Notes: generated from the letters alone by a model not told the origin. A DNA stretch of 64,000 nt from Octopus bimaculoides (GCF_001194135.2 NC_068981.1:172214507-172278506); one strand, 5' to 3'; positions 50,191-63,415 are shown, numbered from the stretch's first letter. A program made the numbers and translations.

Positions 50191-50924
50191 CACTGCATGT
50201 GTGTGTTCTTGTCTTGATGTTGTGCAACAATTGTAAACAGAAACACATCCCATTATAACAAAGCACTAAAAAATAATGGCTTTACCAATAAGTTAATGTT
50301 TATGGAGGATCCTCCACCACTGAACCCCAAGAGAGTTAGAGAAAAGTAATCTGGTTTAATCTGCCATGCAATCTATAAGTTTCCACTGTATAGCTAGGAC
50401 CTACCTGGTGCTAATTAAAAAGCAGTAGATATCATAAACTCTTTAAAGATAAAAGATTATTTTCAATGTTATGACATCCACCCTATAGAGTCCTACCAAC
50501 TGTCTTTTGGGAAGACCCTACCTCCTAAAATCTGTGCTCTATACAGCCACCCCCAAACAATCAGATGGCATTCCAAGACACTATATATACATGATTTTAA
50601 AGGAAAATACAATGCATTCCTTCAGGTGTAGGAATAGGAGAAAATCCTCTTTGCTGTCGCTCTTCATCTGGAGATTCTAGGACCATTGAGACAACCTCCC
50701 CATCATAGCATAGAGCATCCTTGATAGAGCTCCTTCCTTACTCACTAAGCACTCATAATTGCCAAGTCTTGCCTCCATTTGAAACTCCACTGGCCTACAG
50801 TGTTCTTTAGTAAAAGAAAATCATTTATCTTATTGTTTCCACCACAGGTGTGCCCTGTTAATGAACATTTTTATGTTTGTCTTTTTTCACTTAATGTTGT
50901 CGGTTTGTTTACATTCCTGTAACT

Positions 50925-51050
50925 AAGCAATTTGGCAAATGTGATTGGTAGAATAAATATCAGGCTTAAATATACTGAGTTCAATTTGATTGATTAAGCC
51001 TGCCAAGGCAGTGCCCCAGCATGGCTGCAGTCCATTGACGAAACAGTAAA
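50925..51050 (-). mobile_element. SINE family B 3' tail
   Basis: Reverse complement gtttcgtcaatggactgcagccatgctggggcactgcc resembles the family B tail. Confidence 0.6.
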
Positions 51051-51288
51051 ACAGTGTACATATATAATGCATGTATATGTGTGTATTTATGTCTGTGTGT
51101 GTATGTGTATATATACACACACAAAGATATACATACATGTGTGTATGTATATATTTCACTTAGGCAGTGTGATATTAATAACCGAGTGTAGAACCCAATA
51201 TACATATGCTTCTAAACAAAATATTTAGTCAAGTACAGAGCAGTAATAAGAAAAATAGATGACATATGAATAAACAATTATTAGCTTC

Positions 51289-51381
51289 AATGGAGCTATA
51301 AGGTGTTACTCAAGTACTCAATGAAGCTATAATGTGTTACTCAAGTACTTAATGAAGCTATAAAGTGTTACTCAGGCACTC
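51289..51381 (+). repeat. 31-bp minisatellite, 3 copies
   Basis: aatg(g/a)agctata..gtgttactca(a/g)g(t/c)act(c/t) x3. Confidence 0.9.
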
Positions 51382-51599
51382 ATCTTATAGCAGAAACAGC
51401 TCATAAGATAATCATTTATTCTTCTGTCATATATTTTTCTTATATCTGTGTGTGCACGTACATATACACGAACACACACTAGGAATGCTTGAGTAATGAG
51501 GAACAGAAAAAATAAATAAATGCCAGTTAAATTTAATTAAATATTATTTATGAATAATATAATTATTATGTAATTATTATCAATGACGCCAGTCTATCA

Positions 51600-52381
51600 G
51601 AATGGCAAATTTTTAGTTCTTCATTTAAAAATTTCCCACCCTGAAGATCTTACCTTTGCAGAGGGCTCTTGCATTGTCATGCTGAAGAATAACATCTTTT
51701 CTGCTAACCAAAGCTGGCCACTTTCAGTATAAGGCTTCATTTACACAGTGAAGTTGCTAACAATATATGTCTGCAGTAATGGTCATTCCAGTGGACTACA
51801 CCATTCATGTTCTGTCAGACACTTAGCTAGGACTTATGTGGATGAAGTCTGAATTTGGTCTTGGTACTAGTTTCTCATTTGTCAATACCCACTTGTTTTC
51901 TTGTTGACAAGCTGTATCCATTTTTTGTCAGCCTGTAACAATGTGGTGCAAAAATCAGTGATCATTATCCCTAGTCAAGTGACTACTGGAGAAGGTGATA
52001 GAACAATGAGTTCGGTTCTCAAGTGAGAGCTCATGAAGAAGACAAAACTAGTTTGCCTGTTTGTGTGTCTGCACCAAATCTCCTTTGACAAGGATCTGAT
52101 TCAGCTGTCGTTCTCAAATGATCATAATCCAAACTGGTTAATCTTCCAGGGCTTATTGGAAAGATCCAAATCACCTTGTAAAACCACAGCTGGTATTTAC
52201 AAGCCTTCACTACATCAGGATATACTCCACAAGTGTTTTTGTCCTTTGACCCTGCTGTTGGATAGAAGAGATGATAAACTGGATCTAGATATTTTCTACA
52301 ATTTGAATGAAATCATTCCTTAATTGGTAGATTATAATTCATAACAATGAAATACAATATTACTTTCCGAACACTTCAATA
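51600..52381 (-). mobile_element. Decayed mariner element with one TIR
   Basis: Minus strand starts TA-TTGAAGTGTTCGGAAAGTAAT (mariner-like TIR); peptides KNTCGVYPD..CKYQLWF, HIVTG*, VILQHDNARA. Confidence 0.75.
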
Positions 52382-52675
52382 TATGTTGTGTGTATATATG
52401 TGTATGTGTATACATATATGTATGTTTATGTATATGTATACATTCCTGGATAAAGTAAATGAACTAAACATATTTTTGTAAATGTGGCATGTTAACGTGT
52501 AGAATATATTGAAATTTAAATAGGTTACTTGCTCTAAACAATGCAGTACTTCCTCTGGCTTGAGGCCAATATCTTAGGTAAGACTGAAAAGATTAAAATT
52601 ATATATATATACACACACATATAAATATGTACACATACATATATATTCATATATATAAATGTATATATATACATG

Positions 52676-52729
<54 letters not shown>

Positions 52730-52781
52730 CACACACACATACACTCATACATATACATACATACATACATACACCTATGTA

Positions 52782-52812
<31 letters not shown>

Positions 52813-52861
52813 GGCAGGTAGATATACGTATACATATATATATACACACACACACACAGAC

Positions 52862-53048
52862 ACACACATGTTCACCATGATAGATCGCTAGCCACTGCAC
52901 ATTCTTTATTTTCTCTCCTTGTTTCTTTCTGTGGAAGAGCATAGGCTCGAAACATTAAAGACTTTTTCACTTCCTGAGCATTAAACTAATACATCTGTTT
53001 GTTTACACCACCTGTCTTCGTCTTTTGTTTTTTTTGCGAATTCTCCCC
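52862..53048 (+). mobile_element. Penelope-like pseudo-LTR fragment with degenerate hammerhead-like motif
   Basis: CTGTGGA-A-GAGC-atag-GCTC-GAAAC at 52929-52953; element lies between (CA)n and (TA)n. Confidence 0.55.
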
Positions 53049-53079
<31 letters not shown>

Positions 53080-53454
53080 GTATATACACACACACATATA
53101 TAATGGATGATACTTTGTTTTTATTTTATCTAATAAAATGTTTAAAATATTTAGAATGTCAAGAAGTGTAATTTTAATTTATTTTAAATGAGGAATTTTC
53201 TTGTAATGTTTAAATCAAATTAACTGCAACTTTGATAGGTTGATTGCATGTGTGCCCCTATTGGATATGGCTTCAAAGGAAAGAAATTATATGCTTATAC
53301 GGATATTAACTATCAAATTGCTTTTCTTTGCACAACATATTCTGAAATTCACAACTTTCTAGGGATGAAAATCTTTATTTTGCCGCATGCCATATATATG
53401 TTACACACACATATGTTCGTTTAATAAATAAATATATATATATATATATATCAA

Positions 53455-53926
53455 AATCGCTGACATGGCCGATGACAGTACCGCCTGATTGGTACTTGTG
53501 CCAGTGAAATGTTAAAAGCGCATCCGAGCATGATCGTTGTCAGGGCCACACATTGGCTCCCATGCCGGTGGCACATGAAAAGCACCATTCAAGCGTGATC
53601 ATTGCCAGAGTCGCCCTACCGGCACGTGAATAACAGCATTCGAGTGTGGTTGTTGCTAGTGCCACCAGACTGGCTCCCGTGCAGGTAGCACATAAAAAAA
53701 ACCTTTTGAGCGTGTTTGTTGCCAGAACCACCTGACTGGCCCTCGTGCCAGTGTCACGTAGAAGCACCCACAACACTCAGAGTGGTTGGCGTTAGGAAGG
53801 GTATCCAGCTGTAGAAACTTTGCCAGATCAGATTGAGCCTGGTGCAGCCTCTGACTCATCAGTCCTCAGTCAAACCATCCAACCCATGCCAGCATGGATA
53901 GCTGACATGAGTTAAACGATGATGAT
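53455..53926 (+). mobile_element. SINE-like family C with internal ~60-bp subrepeats and (GAT)n tail
   Basis: Repeated gcacg/atg..aaagcacc..ttcgagcgtg..gttgccag units, then conserved end ...aacccatgccagcatgg...gttaaacgatgatg. Confidence 0.85.
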
Positions 53927-54674
53927 TTTTTNNNNNNNNNNNNNNNNNNNNNNNNNNNNNNNNNNNNNNNNNNNNNNNNNNNNNNNNNNNNNNNNNNNNN
54001 NNNNNNNNNNNNNNNNNNNNNNNNNNNNNNNNNNNNNNNNNNNNNNNNNNNNNNNNNNNNNNNNNNNNNNNNNNNNNNNNNNNNNNNNNNNNNNNNNNNN
54101 NNNNNNNNNNNNNNNNNNNNNNNNNNNNNNNNNNNNNNNNNNNNNNNNNNNNNNNNNNNNNNNNNNNNNNNNNNNNNNNNNNNNNNNNNNNNNNNNNNNN
54201 NNNNNNNNNNNNNNNNNNNNNNNNNNNNNNNNNNNNNNNNNNNNNNNNNNNNNNNNNNNNNNNNNNNNNNNNNNNNNNNNNNNNNNNNNNNNNNNNNNNN
54301 NNNNNNNNNNNNNNNNNNNNNNNNNNNNNNNNNNNNNNNNNNNNNNNNNNNNNNNNNNNNNNNNNNNNNNNNNNNNNNNNNNNNNNNNNNNNNNNNNNNN
54401 NNNNNNNNNNNNNNNNNNNNNNNNNNNNNNNNNNNNNNNNNNNNNNNNNNNNNNNNNNNNNNNNNNNNNNNNNNNNNNNNNNNNNNNNNNNNNNNNNNNN
54501 NNNNNNNNNNNNNNNNNNNNNNNNNNNNNNNNNNNNNNNNNNNNNNNNNNNNNNNNNNNNNNNNNNNNNNNNNNNNNNNNNNNNNNNNNNNNNNNNNNNN
54601 NNNNNNNNNNNNNNNNNNNNNNNNNNNNNNNNNNNNNNNNNNNNNNNNNNNNNNNNNNNNNNNNNNNNNNNNNN

Positions 54675-54875
54675 AGTACCGCTTGACTGGCCTTCGTGCA
54701 GGTGACACGTAAAAGCACCGACTACACTCTCTGAGTGGTTGGCGTTAGGAAGGGCATCCAGCTGTAGAAACTCTCCAAATTAGATTGGAGCCTGGTGTTG
54801 CCATCCGGTTTCACCAGTCCTCAGTCAAATCATCCAACCCATGCTAGTATGGAAAGCGGACGTTAAACGATGATA
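54675..54875 (+). mobile_element. SINE-like family C 3' part
   Basis: Same conserved end ...ggaaagcggacgttaaacgatgat. Confidence 0.85.
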
Positions 54876-55100
54876 ATATGAGTTGTAAAATGTGTTGTAA
54901 TATATTTTACATATTGCAAACATTATCTAACATAGAACTCAATACATTGCATTGAGTGCATAACTGTTAAGTGTATCAAAAGTTGATAGCCTACCCTGAT
55001 GTTTCATCTCAAGCTATGCTATTCACAACTGTTGTGTACAAACTAACATGGAATGCATCTCAGAGATATATACTCTTGCGTTTGTGTGTGTGTGTGTGTA

Positions 55101-55375
55101 TCATCATCATCATCGTTTAACGTCTGCCTTCCATGCTAGCATGGGTGGGATGGTTTTACAATAGCTGGCTAGGCTGAAGCCTGCACCAGACTTCTGTGAC
55201 TGTTTTGGCAGGATTTTTATTGCTGGATGCCCTTCCTAACACCAACCACTCAGCAGAGTGGACTTAGTGCTTTTTACGTGGCACAGGCAAGGTGAGTAGT
55301 GCTTTTTACGTTGCACAAGCACAGGTGAGGTCAGTTTTGGCAACGTTTTTACAGCTGGATACCTTTCCGAACACC
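55101..55375 (-). mobile_element. SINE-like family C variant
   Basis: catcatcgtttaacgtctgccttccatgctagcatggg tail; ggatgcccttcctaacaccaaccact segment. Confidence 0.8.
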
Positions 55376-55404
55376 AAGATACACACACAGACACTTACAC
55401 ATCG

Positions 55405-55655
55405 TCGTCATCATCATCGTTTAACGTCTGTTTTCCATGCTGGCATGGGTTGGACGGTTTGATTGAGGTCAGCGTCAGCACCAGGCTCCAATCTGATCTG
55501 GCAATGTTTCTGTAGCTCAATGCCCTTCCTTATGCCAACCACTCCAAGAGTGTAGTGGGTGCTTTTTATGTGTCACCAGCACAGGAGCCAGTCAAGCAGG
55601 CCTAGCATTGATCATGTTCGGATAGTGCTTTTTACGTGCCACTGGCATGGGAACC
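55405..55655 (-). mobile_element. SINE-like family C
   Basis: Reverse complement of family C end and one subrepeat. Confidence 0.85.
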
Positions 55656-56398
55656 AATGCATAGCTCATATATATATATATATATGTATATATATAAAGC
55701 AAGAATGGAGATCAGATTTTATGTTAATTTGATACATTGTTATACATACATATTTCTTTAATGAAAATTTTTATTATGCAAAAGCTACATCACCAAATTA
55801 TTAGAGATTGTGAAACTTCTCATAAGTAAATCCTGTAGAAAGCAAGATTCTGTCAAACTGCTATTAGATTGCTGTAGTCATTTCTTTTGCTATTTCTGAT
55901 GATTTAATGATGGTATTTGATTGTGAGGTAATTCATTATACAAAAAAAAATTTTCATTAATGAAATACAAATAATAATACAAGAACATACAATCTTCTAT
56001 TTATTCTTGTTTTACTATATGTACACTGTACTCAAAATATTGAGGATATTATTAAAATTAATGATTATATTCTTTTTATGAATGTAGTTTAATCAAATGA
56101 CTTTATAATGAAACACAAGGACTTCTAAATATTGGTTGTTATACATAACACAAATATAATACATATTTGTATATATCTAAATATATATTGCATGCACATA
56201 TATACACACACACACACTTGTATGCATGTGCTCATACACACACACACATACGTACATACATGCATGCATCTTACTGAACATCCTGCAGAAATGACTTGTT
56301 TGTAGTGATCAAATGTTTATGCTATACATTAGCTCACTTTCTCCATCAAATCAACACTACTTGTACAGATATATGGTGTACCACATGTCAGATGGATA

Positions 56399-56835
56399 AT
56401 CATCATCATCATCGTTTAACATCCGCTTTCCATGCTAGCATGGGTTAGACGATTTGACTGAGGACTGGTGAAACCAGATGGCTACACCAGGCTCCAATCT
56501 GATTTGGCAGNNNNNNNNNNGCATGGGTTAGACGATTTGACTGAGGACTGGTGAAACCAGATGGCTACACCAGGCTCCAATCTGATTTGGCAGAGTTTCT
56601 ACAGCTGGATGCCCTTCCTAATGCCAACCACTCCGAGAGTGTAGTGGGTGCTTTTACGTGCTACCAGCACAAGGGCCAGTCAGGAGGTACTGGCAACGAC
56701 CACGCTCAAAATGGTGTATTTTATGTGCCACCCGCACAGGAGCCAGTTCTGCAGCACTAGCAACGATCTCGCTCGAATGTCTTTGCACATGCCATCCGGC
56801 ACAAGTGCCAGGAAGGCGATGCTGGGCACAAGTGC
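56399..56835 (-). mobile_element. SINE-like family C split by a 10-N gap
   Basis: Tail at 56399-56510, continuation 56521-56835 with subrepeats. Confidence 0.85.
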
Positions 56836-56957
56836 CAATTGTGAAATGAAGAGTTTTGCTCAAGAATGCGACACATTGCATGATCTGAGAATCAAAACCA
56901 CTGTCTTGTGGTTGTGAGTGCAACACCTCAACCACTAGGCCTTGTGCCCTCACTACA

Positions 56958-57009
<52 letters not shown>

Positions 57010-57175
57010 GCACAGAAGATGGGTTTCCTTCAGTTTCCATCCACCAAATCTCTTCAGGGGTCTTTGAGTCGGTCTGGGGCTATAGTAGAAAGACCTGCTC
57101 AAGATATCATGCAGTAGTACTGAATCTGAAACCAGGTATTTTGGAAATGAATGTCTTAACCATATATCCAAAATA
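57010..57175 (-). mobile_element. SINE family B 5' portion
   Basis: ttccttcagtttccatccaccaaatc...gctatagtagaaagac reverse-complements to the family B head region. Confidence 0.7.
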
Positions 57176-57204
57176 TAAGAACCATATATGTATGTATGAA
57201 TGTC

Positions 57205-57566
57205 ATTATTCAGTTTATTTCAAGATTTCTTGCCAATAGAGAAAGAACCAGTTTCTAACCTAGGTCCAAGGCTAGGTTAGAATACCCTGTTCAGCATCAA
57301 GAATAGGGTATTTTTGCTTGTATATATGTGCAGATTTGTATGTTTTATGTATGTATTCTCATGCATATAGTTGCATATCTAGACATGCTCATATATATTT
57401 AAATTATAAACTTCCGGAAAGTTTTACAGATTTTTAGTTCCAGTGATGGATTGGATCTGTAATCTTCGGATTATCTTTCTCCTTTCTGGTTTTGAGAAGC
57501 CTAATTTCTCAAGATTAGTATTTAGGCAATGTGATACATATCCCAAGGCCCCAATAATTATAGGTG
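57205..57566 (-). mobile_element. RLE-type LINE 3' end (second family)
   Basis: PIIIGALGYVSHCLNTNLEKLGFSKPERRKIIRRLQIQSITGT/KICKTFRKFII* (57399-57566, one frameshift) followed by a 3' UTR. Confidence 0.7.
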
Positions 57567-57895
57567 TATGTATATATGTGTGCTTGTATGTATGTGTGTG
57601 TGTTTATATATGCTAACCTTCTATGTATCATACTTAATATATATATATATATATATCATCATACATACACATACATATACACCACTGATAGGCAAAATGC
57701 TACAGTTTTTATCTGAGATAAAATTGTTTAGAGACATGCAATGTTGAAAACAATACATACTGATGGGAGGCAAAATTTCACAGACTGTTTACTTCTGAGG
57801 ATGGACTTTTGCACCTGAAATATAAAGGTTTTTGCAAAACTTTCTGCATTGTCAGAAGTTTTCTTATTTTCCCTTTTTTTTTTTCCCCCCTTCTT

Positions 57896-57928
<33 letters not shown>

Positions 57929-58891
57929 GCGTTAATGTTTGTTCTTATGGTCAGTTATAATAAAAACAATTTTACATTAATCTGATGGGTTCTCTATACT
58001 TTTGTATATATATATATACACATTTTACAAGCCTCACTGAATTGTCACCTGGCATAAAGTATAACCTGTTTTTATGGTTGAATCATTGGCAACTGAGGAA
58101 TATTTGCTGGAAACCCAACATAAGAAATATAGATCTGACAAAAGGTAGAGGAACTCAGCAGATGGCCAACAGCTTTGTAGAAAGAAAGTGTTGCTATGTA
58201 TAAATGAGATGCTGAATGAGCACACTCTAAAGCCAATTGAGAATCATGGAACTTGAGTTTTACTCAGAACATCCTTGTAGGAGATGGTATATAACCCCAC
58301 CACCACCATCATCTTGTAGCCAGCCTTAGTTGGTGAATACAAGAAAAAAGACTTTAATGATAATGCCTTCTGTTGATACTTCCACCAGTCATCTTGGTGT
58401 TTTCTTATCACTGGAACATGGTAGCTTATACTTAGAGAGTAGTGTTCATATTGTTCCTGTATCTGTAACTGCATTCTTTACAAAGAACAGGTATTTTTGA
58501 AGAGCATAGCATATTACACCACTTGTAACTAGACTATCTAAAAGTAAAGTATTTTGTAAAGAATAGAACAGAACAGCCAGTTTTATCTGCACTGATCTCT
58601 CAAAGTTTTAGGTGATAGGTGCACAGCAACATTTTCAGATTTGACTAGTTGGAAGCTTGTTGTCACAAGCCTGTACATTTGGCAGGAAGAGAATTATCTT
58701 TGCTTCTTTTTCTTCACTCTTGGTAGTTAGAAGAATTGGATGGAATCCCTTGTGACTGAGCAGTCTTATTTAAAGAGGATGCTGCTCACCCACTTGCTAA
58801 AGGATGACTAGTAAAGGTGCAACTGACAGCTGTTCATCTCAGCAGGAACAGCAAATGTAAATGTAAAATGTTAAAATATAGACATATAAAT

Positions 58892-59230
58892 AGACACAGG
58901 CGTGGCTGTGTGGTAAGTAACTTGCTTACCAACCACATGGTTCTCGGTTCAATCCCACTGCATGGTACCTTGGACAAGTGTCTTCTACTATAGCCTCAGG
59001 CCAACCAGAAGCCCATCATATATGTGTGTGTCTGTCTGTGTTTGTCCCCCCACCATCGCTTGACAACCGATGCTCGTGTGTTTTACTTAGCAGTTCCGCA
59101 AAAAGAGACCAATTGAATAAGTACTAAGCTTACAAAGAATAAGTTCTGAGGTTGATTTGTTCAACTAAAGGTGGTGCACCAGCATGGCTGCAGTCAGATG
59201 ACTGAAACAAGCAAAAGAATAAAAGAATAA
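58892..59230 (+). mobile_element. tRNA-derived SINE family B (full length)
   Basis: A-box tggctgtgtgg, B-box ggttcaatccc, tail gactgaaacaagcaaaagaataaaag. Confidence 0.9.
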
Positions 59231-59291
59231 ATGTAAAGAACACATCTACAGACATGCTACTGAAGTGTGTGAACAGACCTAAGTGGGACCT

Positions 59292-59452
59292 AATCTGGGA
59301 CAGCACATGCTTTAATATATTGTCTTAGAGAAACTTCTCAGAGATTTGTGTGTTAAAAAGCACTTGTCTTGATCAGAATGTCAATGGGCTGCTAGACATT
59401 TGTCTTTGAGCGTAACCCAAAAATTATTTTTTCACATATAGAAATCAGTAAA
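59292..59452 (+). repeat. Dispersed duplication, copy 1 (copy 2 at 60797-61001)
   Basis: aatctgggacagcacatgctttaatatattgtcttagagaaacttctca... present twice, with an ~45-bp indel. Confidence 0.9.
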
Positions 59453-60097
59453 TGACCTACAAGAACAAGTTCTTGTAGGTCATTCAATTCTTCCCCTGTA
59501 CCTGTACCCAACCCGAGCTATATTTCTCTGTCTTACTAATACACCCTTTTTTTCTCCTTGCTTCTCTTCTGTCCATCCCACATTCTAACTCTATTATTCT
59601 CATTACAAACTCTCCTCTTCATTTCTTTATCTAATTTATTGATCCAATAAATATCTATAAACACTATCCCCTATCATCCATATACCCTTTATCTTCTGAA
59701 GAGAATGCTATGACTCTGCTTCCCAGAGCTATCAAAATCTGTACAAGTTGTTACTTTGCTTATATGTAGATCTACAATATTGCCTTAGTATTGCATTTGC
59801 TTGCATAATACACAATATGTCAACCAGCCATCAGTCATTCCAAACAGCTGTAAACACAAGACTTGAAAACATGTAAATTGTATATGCAACTTTTCATACA
59901 AATACATTTCTTAGACCTGTTATCATTTGACTGGCTACCTGCTTGATTTTGATTGTTCTTCTAGCTGACTTTTCTACCTCTGGACTATCTCACTCTGATG
60001 AAGTTGGAGTTTAAGATTCTAATCTCACTGAACACTATTCTATACCAATCTTAAACTAGCAATTTATCAACCATTTTACATGTGTGTGTGTGGGTGG

Positions 60098-60135
<38 letters not shown>

Positions 60136-60144
60136 ATGACTTAA

Positions 60145-60364
60145 CCCTTTCGTTACTGCATTTATTTTGAGATGCTCTGTGTTTCTTTCAATTACTTTAA
60201 ATATAACAAAGAATTTAGTAAAATAACTTGGTTATCATTAAGCTAGTGTTAGGAACATAAATTGTGACTAAGGTTTGGTGGAAGATTTTAATTTAAAACT
60301 TATGGAAACAAGACATTTGTACTCAGAGCCAGAGACAGTTTCAGTCGGGCTGGTAACGAAAGGG
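60145..60364. mobile_element. piggyBac-type MITE
   Basis: TTAA|CCCTTTCGTTAC ... GTAACGAAAGGG|TTAA: perfect 12-bp TIR and TTAA target duplication. Confidence 0.92.
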
Positions 60365-60663
60365 TTAAATATGTACATGAGTATTTAAATACTTTCTATA
60401 ATAAATATAGACTTCATTTAAATGCCTCTGAGGGAACTATAAGATGCTGCATAAGCATTCAGCTTTCAGTGCAAACTTCTTATAGTAGAAACAGTTGTAA
60501 GCTTATAAAAGCAATTACATAACTCCTGTTTTTTTGTCTTTCATTAATTAATAATATGTTCTGTACTCACCTGATGGTTTACTCTAAGGCAGAAGTATAT
60601 TTAGTTCTAACAACTGGTTATTAGTATCACTCTGCTTAAGACAAATCAGAAAATGCATACATG

Positions 60664-60726
<63 letters not shown>

Positions 60727-61247
60727 AAATATATCCTCTTAAAACAGCATTAGATTAAGATAATTATGTGTGTAACATTTATAATATATACATATAAATC
60801 TGGGACAGCACATGCTTTAATATATTGTCTTAGAGAAACTTCTCAAAGAGATTTGTGTGTTCAAAAGCACTTGTCTTGCTCAGAATGTCAATGGGTTGCT
60901 AGACATGGTCTTTGAGCATAATTTAGTCGCCTGAGTGATGAACATGCTGTGCTTCCTAAGCTAACCCAAAAATTATTTTTCCACATATAGAAATCAGTAA
61001 ATAAAACATTCACTGAATCATACGAAAGTTGATCAGGTTAGAACAAATAATATATGCACTTGAAACAACATTAGATTAAAATAACACTGTAAAATAGTTT
61101 TGTTTCAAAAAACGAGAAGCAATCTCATCTGTGTTGAAATCAAAATGGTTATATATATCGTTCATCTGATGATCCAAACCAAGGCATCTATAAACTCTGT
61201 ACATATGTGAATAGTTTATAGCTGATGAAAACAAATAATTCTTTTAA

Positions 61248-61468
61248 TCCTTTAGCGTTTAAACCAGCCAAATCCGGCTCAGATATTGTACATGTTTTAC
61301 ATTCAAACTGGCCATATTTAACCTCTCACACCTAACCTACACTAACATTCTGAAAATAAGCAATCACATCATTGAAACCTCAAAGCTATGCAATAATGCA
61401 TAATTAATTCAAAAAAAATTTGAATGAAAAAGCATTACATTTCACAGAATAACCTGAACACTAAAGGG
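61248..61468. mobile_element. piggyBac-type MITE (second family)
   Basis: TTAA|TCCTTTAGCGTTTA ... TGAACACTAAAGGG|TTAA; imperfect TIRs. Confidence 0.8.
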
Positions 61469-63227
61469 TTAATGCATGTATTGAAGAAAAGATGTAGTCA
61501 GTCTAATGAGTTTGCTGATATTGGAATTAGATTTACAATTTAAAGTCACAATTAATTGCAAACACACTTCACATTTACAGGATGTCCAGTAAATCAGAGC
61601 TAGCAACTACTCAGTATTGATATAATTTAGCAATTTAAAATGAAGTTCAAACATAAGCTCTCCAAAGATAAGAAATTTTTTTATTATTTGTTCATATGCT
61701 TTTCTCTTTTCTACTATGTAATATATTATTAAGTATTACTGGTAATCCTACTTCTTTAGTAATATAACTTGGGAAGGATCTTCCAGATGGATAATTTCTC
61801 TGACACTGGTAGCATCATAGATACTTTCCCAACCATTATATATCAACATTTAATGCTAAGAAGCTTGATTTCCCAGAAAAACACTATCAAAAATTGGTTA
61901 CAATATGAAAAAAAAAAAAAAAAAGGAACATTAAAATAGTGATAATCTTCATAGCATTTATTTTCATATAGATGTATCAAAGGTTGTGACTAAAGTTTCT
62001 GTAATATGATGGTACATTGTCCTGTACCATCAGTCTGACTATATAGAAATACAGCACCACTCTTAGTTCATAAAATTGTATTACCTGTAGAATTCACATC
62101 TGACTGTAAAATCATTTATTTTCACAACTGATTTGCAGAATTTTCATAATTTTTAAAATCTTGCTGACATAGAAAATAAGAATAGAAACCACTTTGAGTG
62201 GATGTTTTTTATTTTATTGATCCCTTTTTTTTGTCTTTTGTGGGGGAAAGTGGAGGTTATAATAGTAGTTGATAAATCTGCTGTCACCAGAATATGTTTG
62301 TGGATGTACATATTCTTCCTTTTCTCCTTTGGGTATGACTTATGTCAGCCATAAAATAAAGCAGAAAAGCACTAAGCTGATTAGTATGTTTAATGCATGC
62401 ATATCTCACTGTTTTGGGGATTCATATCTCCCATATTACTATGGTGAAATCAATAATCTTCTTCAGCATTACCAGTCTACAGTGTTAAATGCTGAGAAGC
62501 TATCAATAATACTAAATAATCTATTTATTCATTTTCAATGGATTCATCCAATATGACCAAATGCTAAGCAACTTAATCTAATGACTCTGACAATATATTC
62601 AAATTTTTATTTGAAATCTTGACTATGGAAATTCTGATATCTTGTAGATACTAAATAACTTTGTTTAAAAATTTATGATCATTATCATTCTTTGAACTCC
62701 TGTAACTAGAAAATGTATCTACTTAGTGGAATTTTGATAATTATAGGTCATCATTTGAAGTGGTAATGCTTTATTTAAAGCTTTTAGCCTAATATTAGTT
62801 TTAGATTTACATATAGATTTGATGCTGCTGATTTTTTTGTTTGTTTGTTTTAATGATTTTTAATGGCTCAAAAAAATAATTGCTTTAGAATAATAAATGA
62901 ATAAAATTCATTCATTATTCAAAACTAATTAGTTACAAAAGGATAACCAGTTTCAGTTAGGTTCTAATATTTGAGAGTTAAAATCCTACTGACAGCATTG
63001 CAATATGCAAAATACAAGTTTACCTAGTCTTTGGTGAGGTATAATGAAAACTCTCAGCCCAAGAGTTTTTCTATTCCATTGCAATAATAAAAACTGTACT
63101 TTAATCCGTATATATAAAGTATATATTTCATGTTAGATATGGTATCAAAATATCTTATTTTTATTTAGAATTCAAGAATATAGCTAAATCTAGGAAACCA
63201 GTGTTTTAATCAATATAGACCTGTTTT

Positions 63228-63415
63228 AGGCAGCAAGCTGGCAGAAACGTTAACACACTGGGTGAAATGCTTAGCGGTATTTCATCTGTCTTTGTGTTCT
63301 GAGTTCAAATTCCGCCAAGGTCGACTTTGCCTTTCATCCTTTTGGGGGTCAATAAATTAAGTACCAGTTGCATACTGGGGTCGACTTAATCGACTGGCCC
63401 CCTCCCCTGAAATTT
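63228..63415 (+). mobile_element. tRNA-derived SINE family A (CpG-decayed)
   Basis: aggcagcaagctggcagaaacg head, gagttcaaattcc B-box, family A body. Confidence 0.9.

Noticed and set aside
51289-51381. Regular repeats that might be read as a CRISPR array (also 13943-14029)
   Set aside because: Head-to-tail units without unique spacers, in a eukaryotic context; ordinary minisatellites
56438-56593. 73-bp exact direct repeat either side of a 10-N gap
   Set aside because: Identical sequence ending and starting at the gap is an unmerged contig overlap, not a biological duplication
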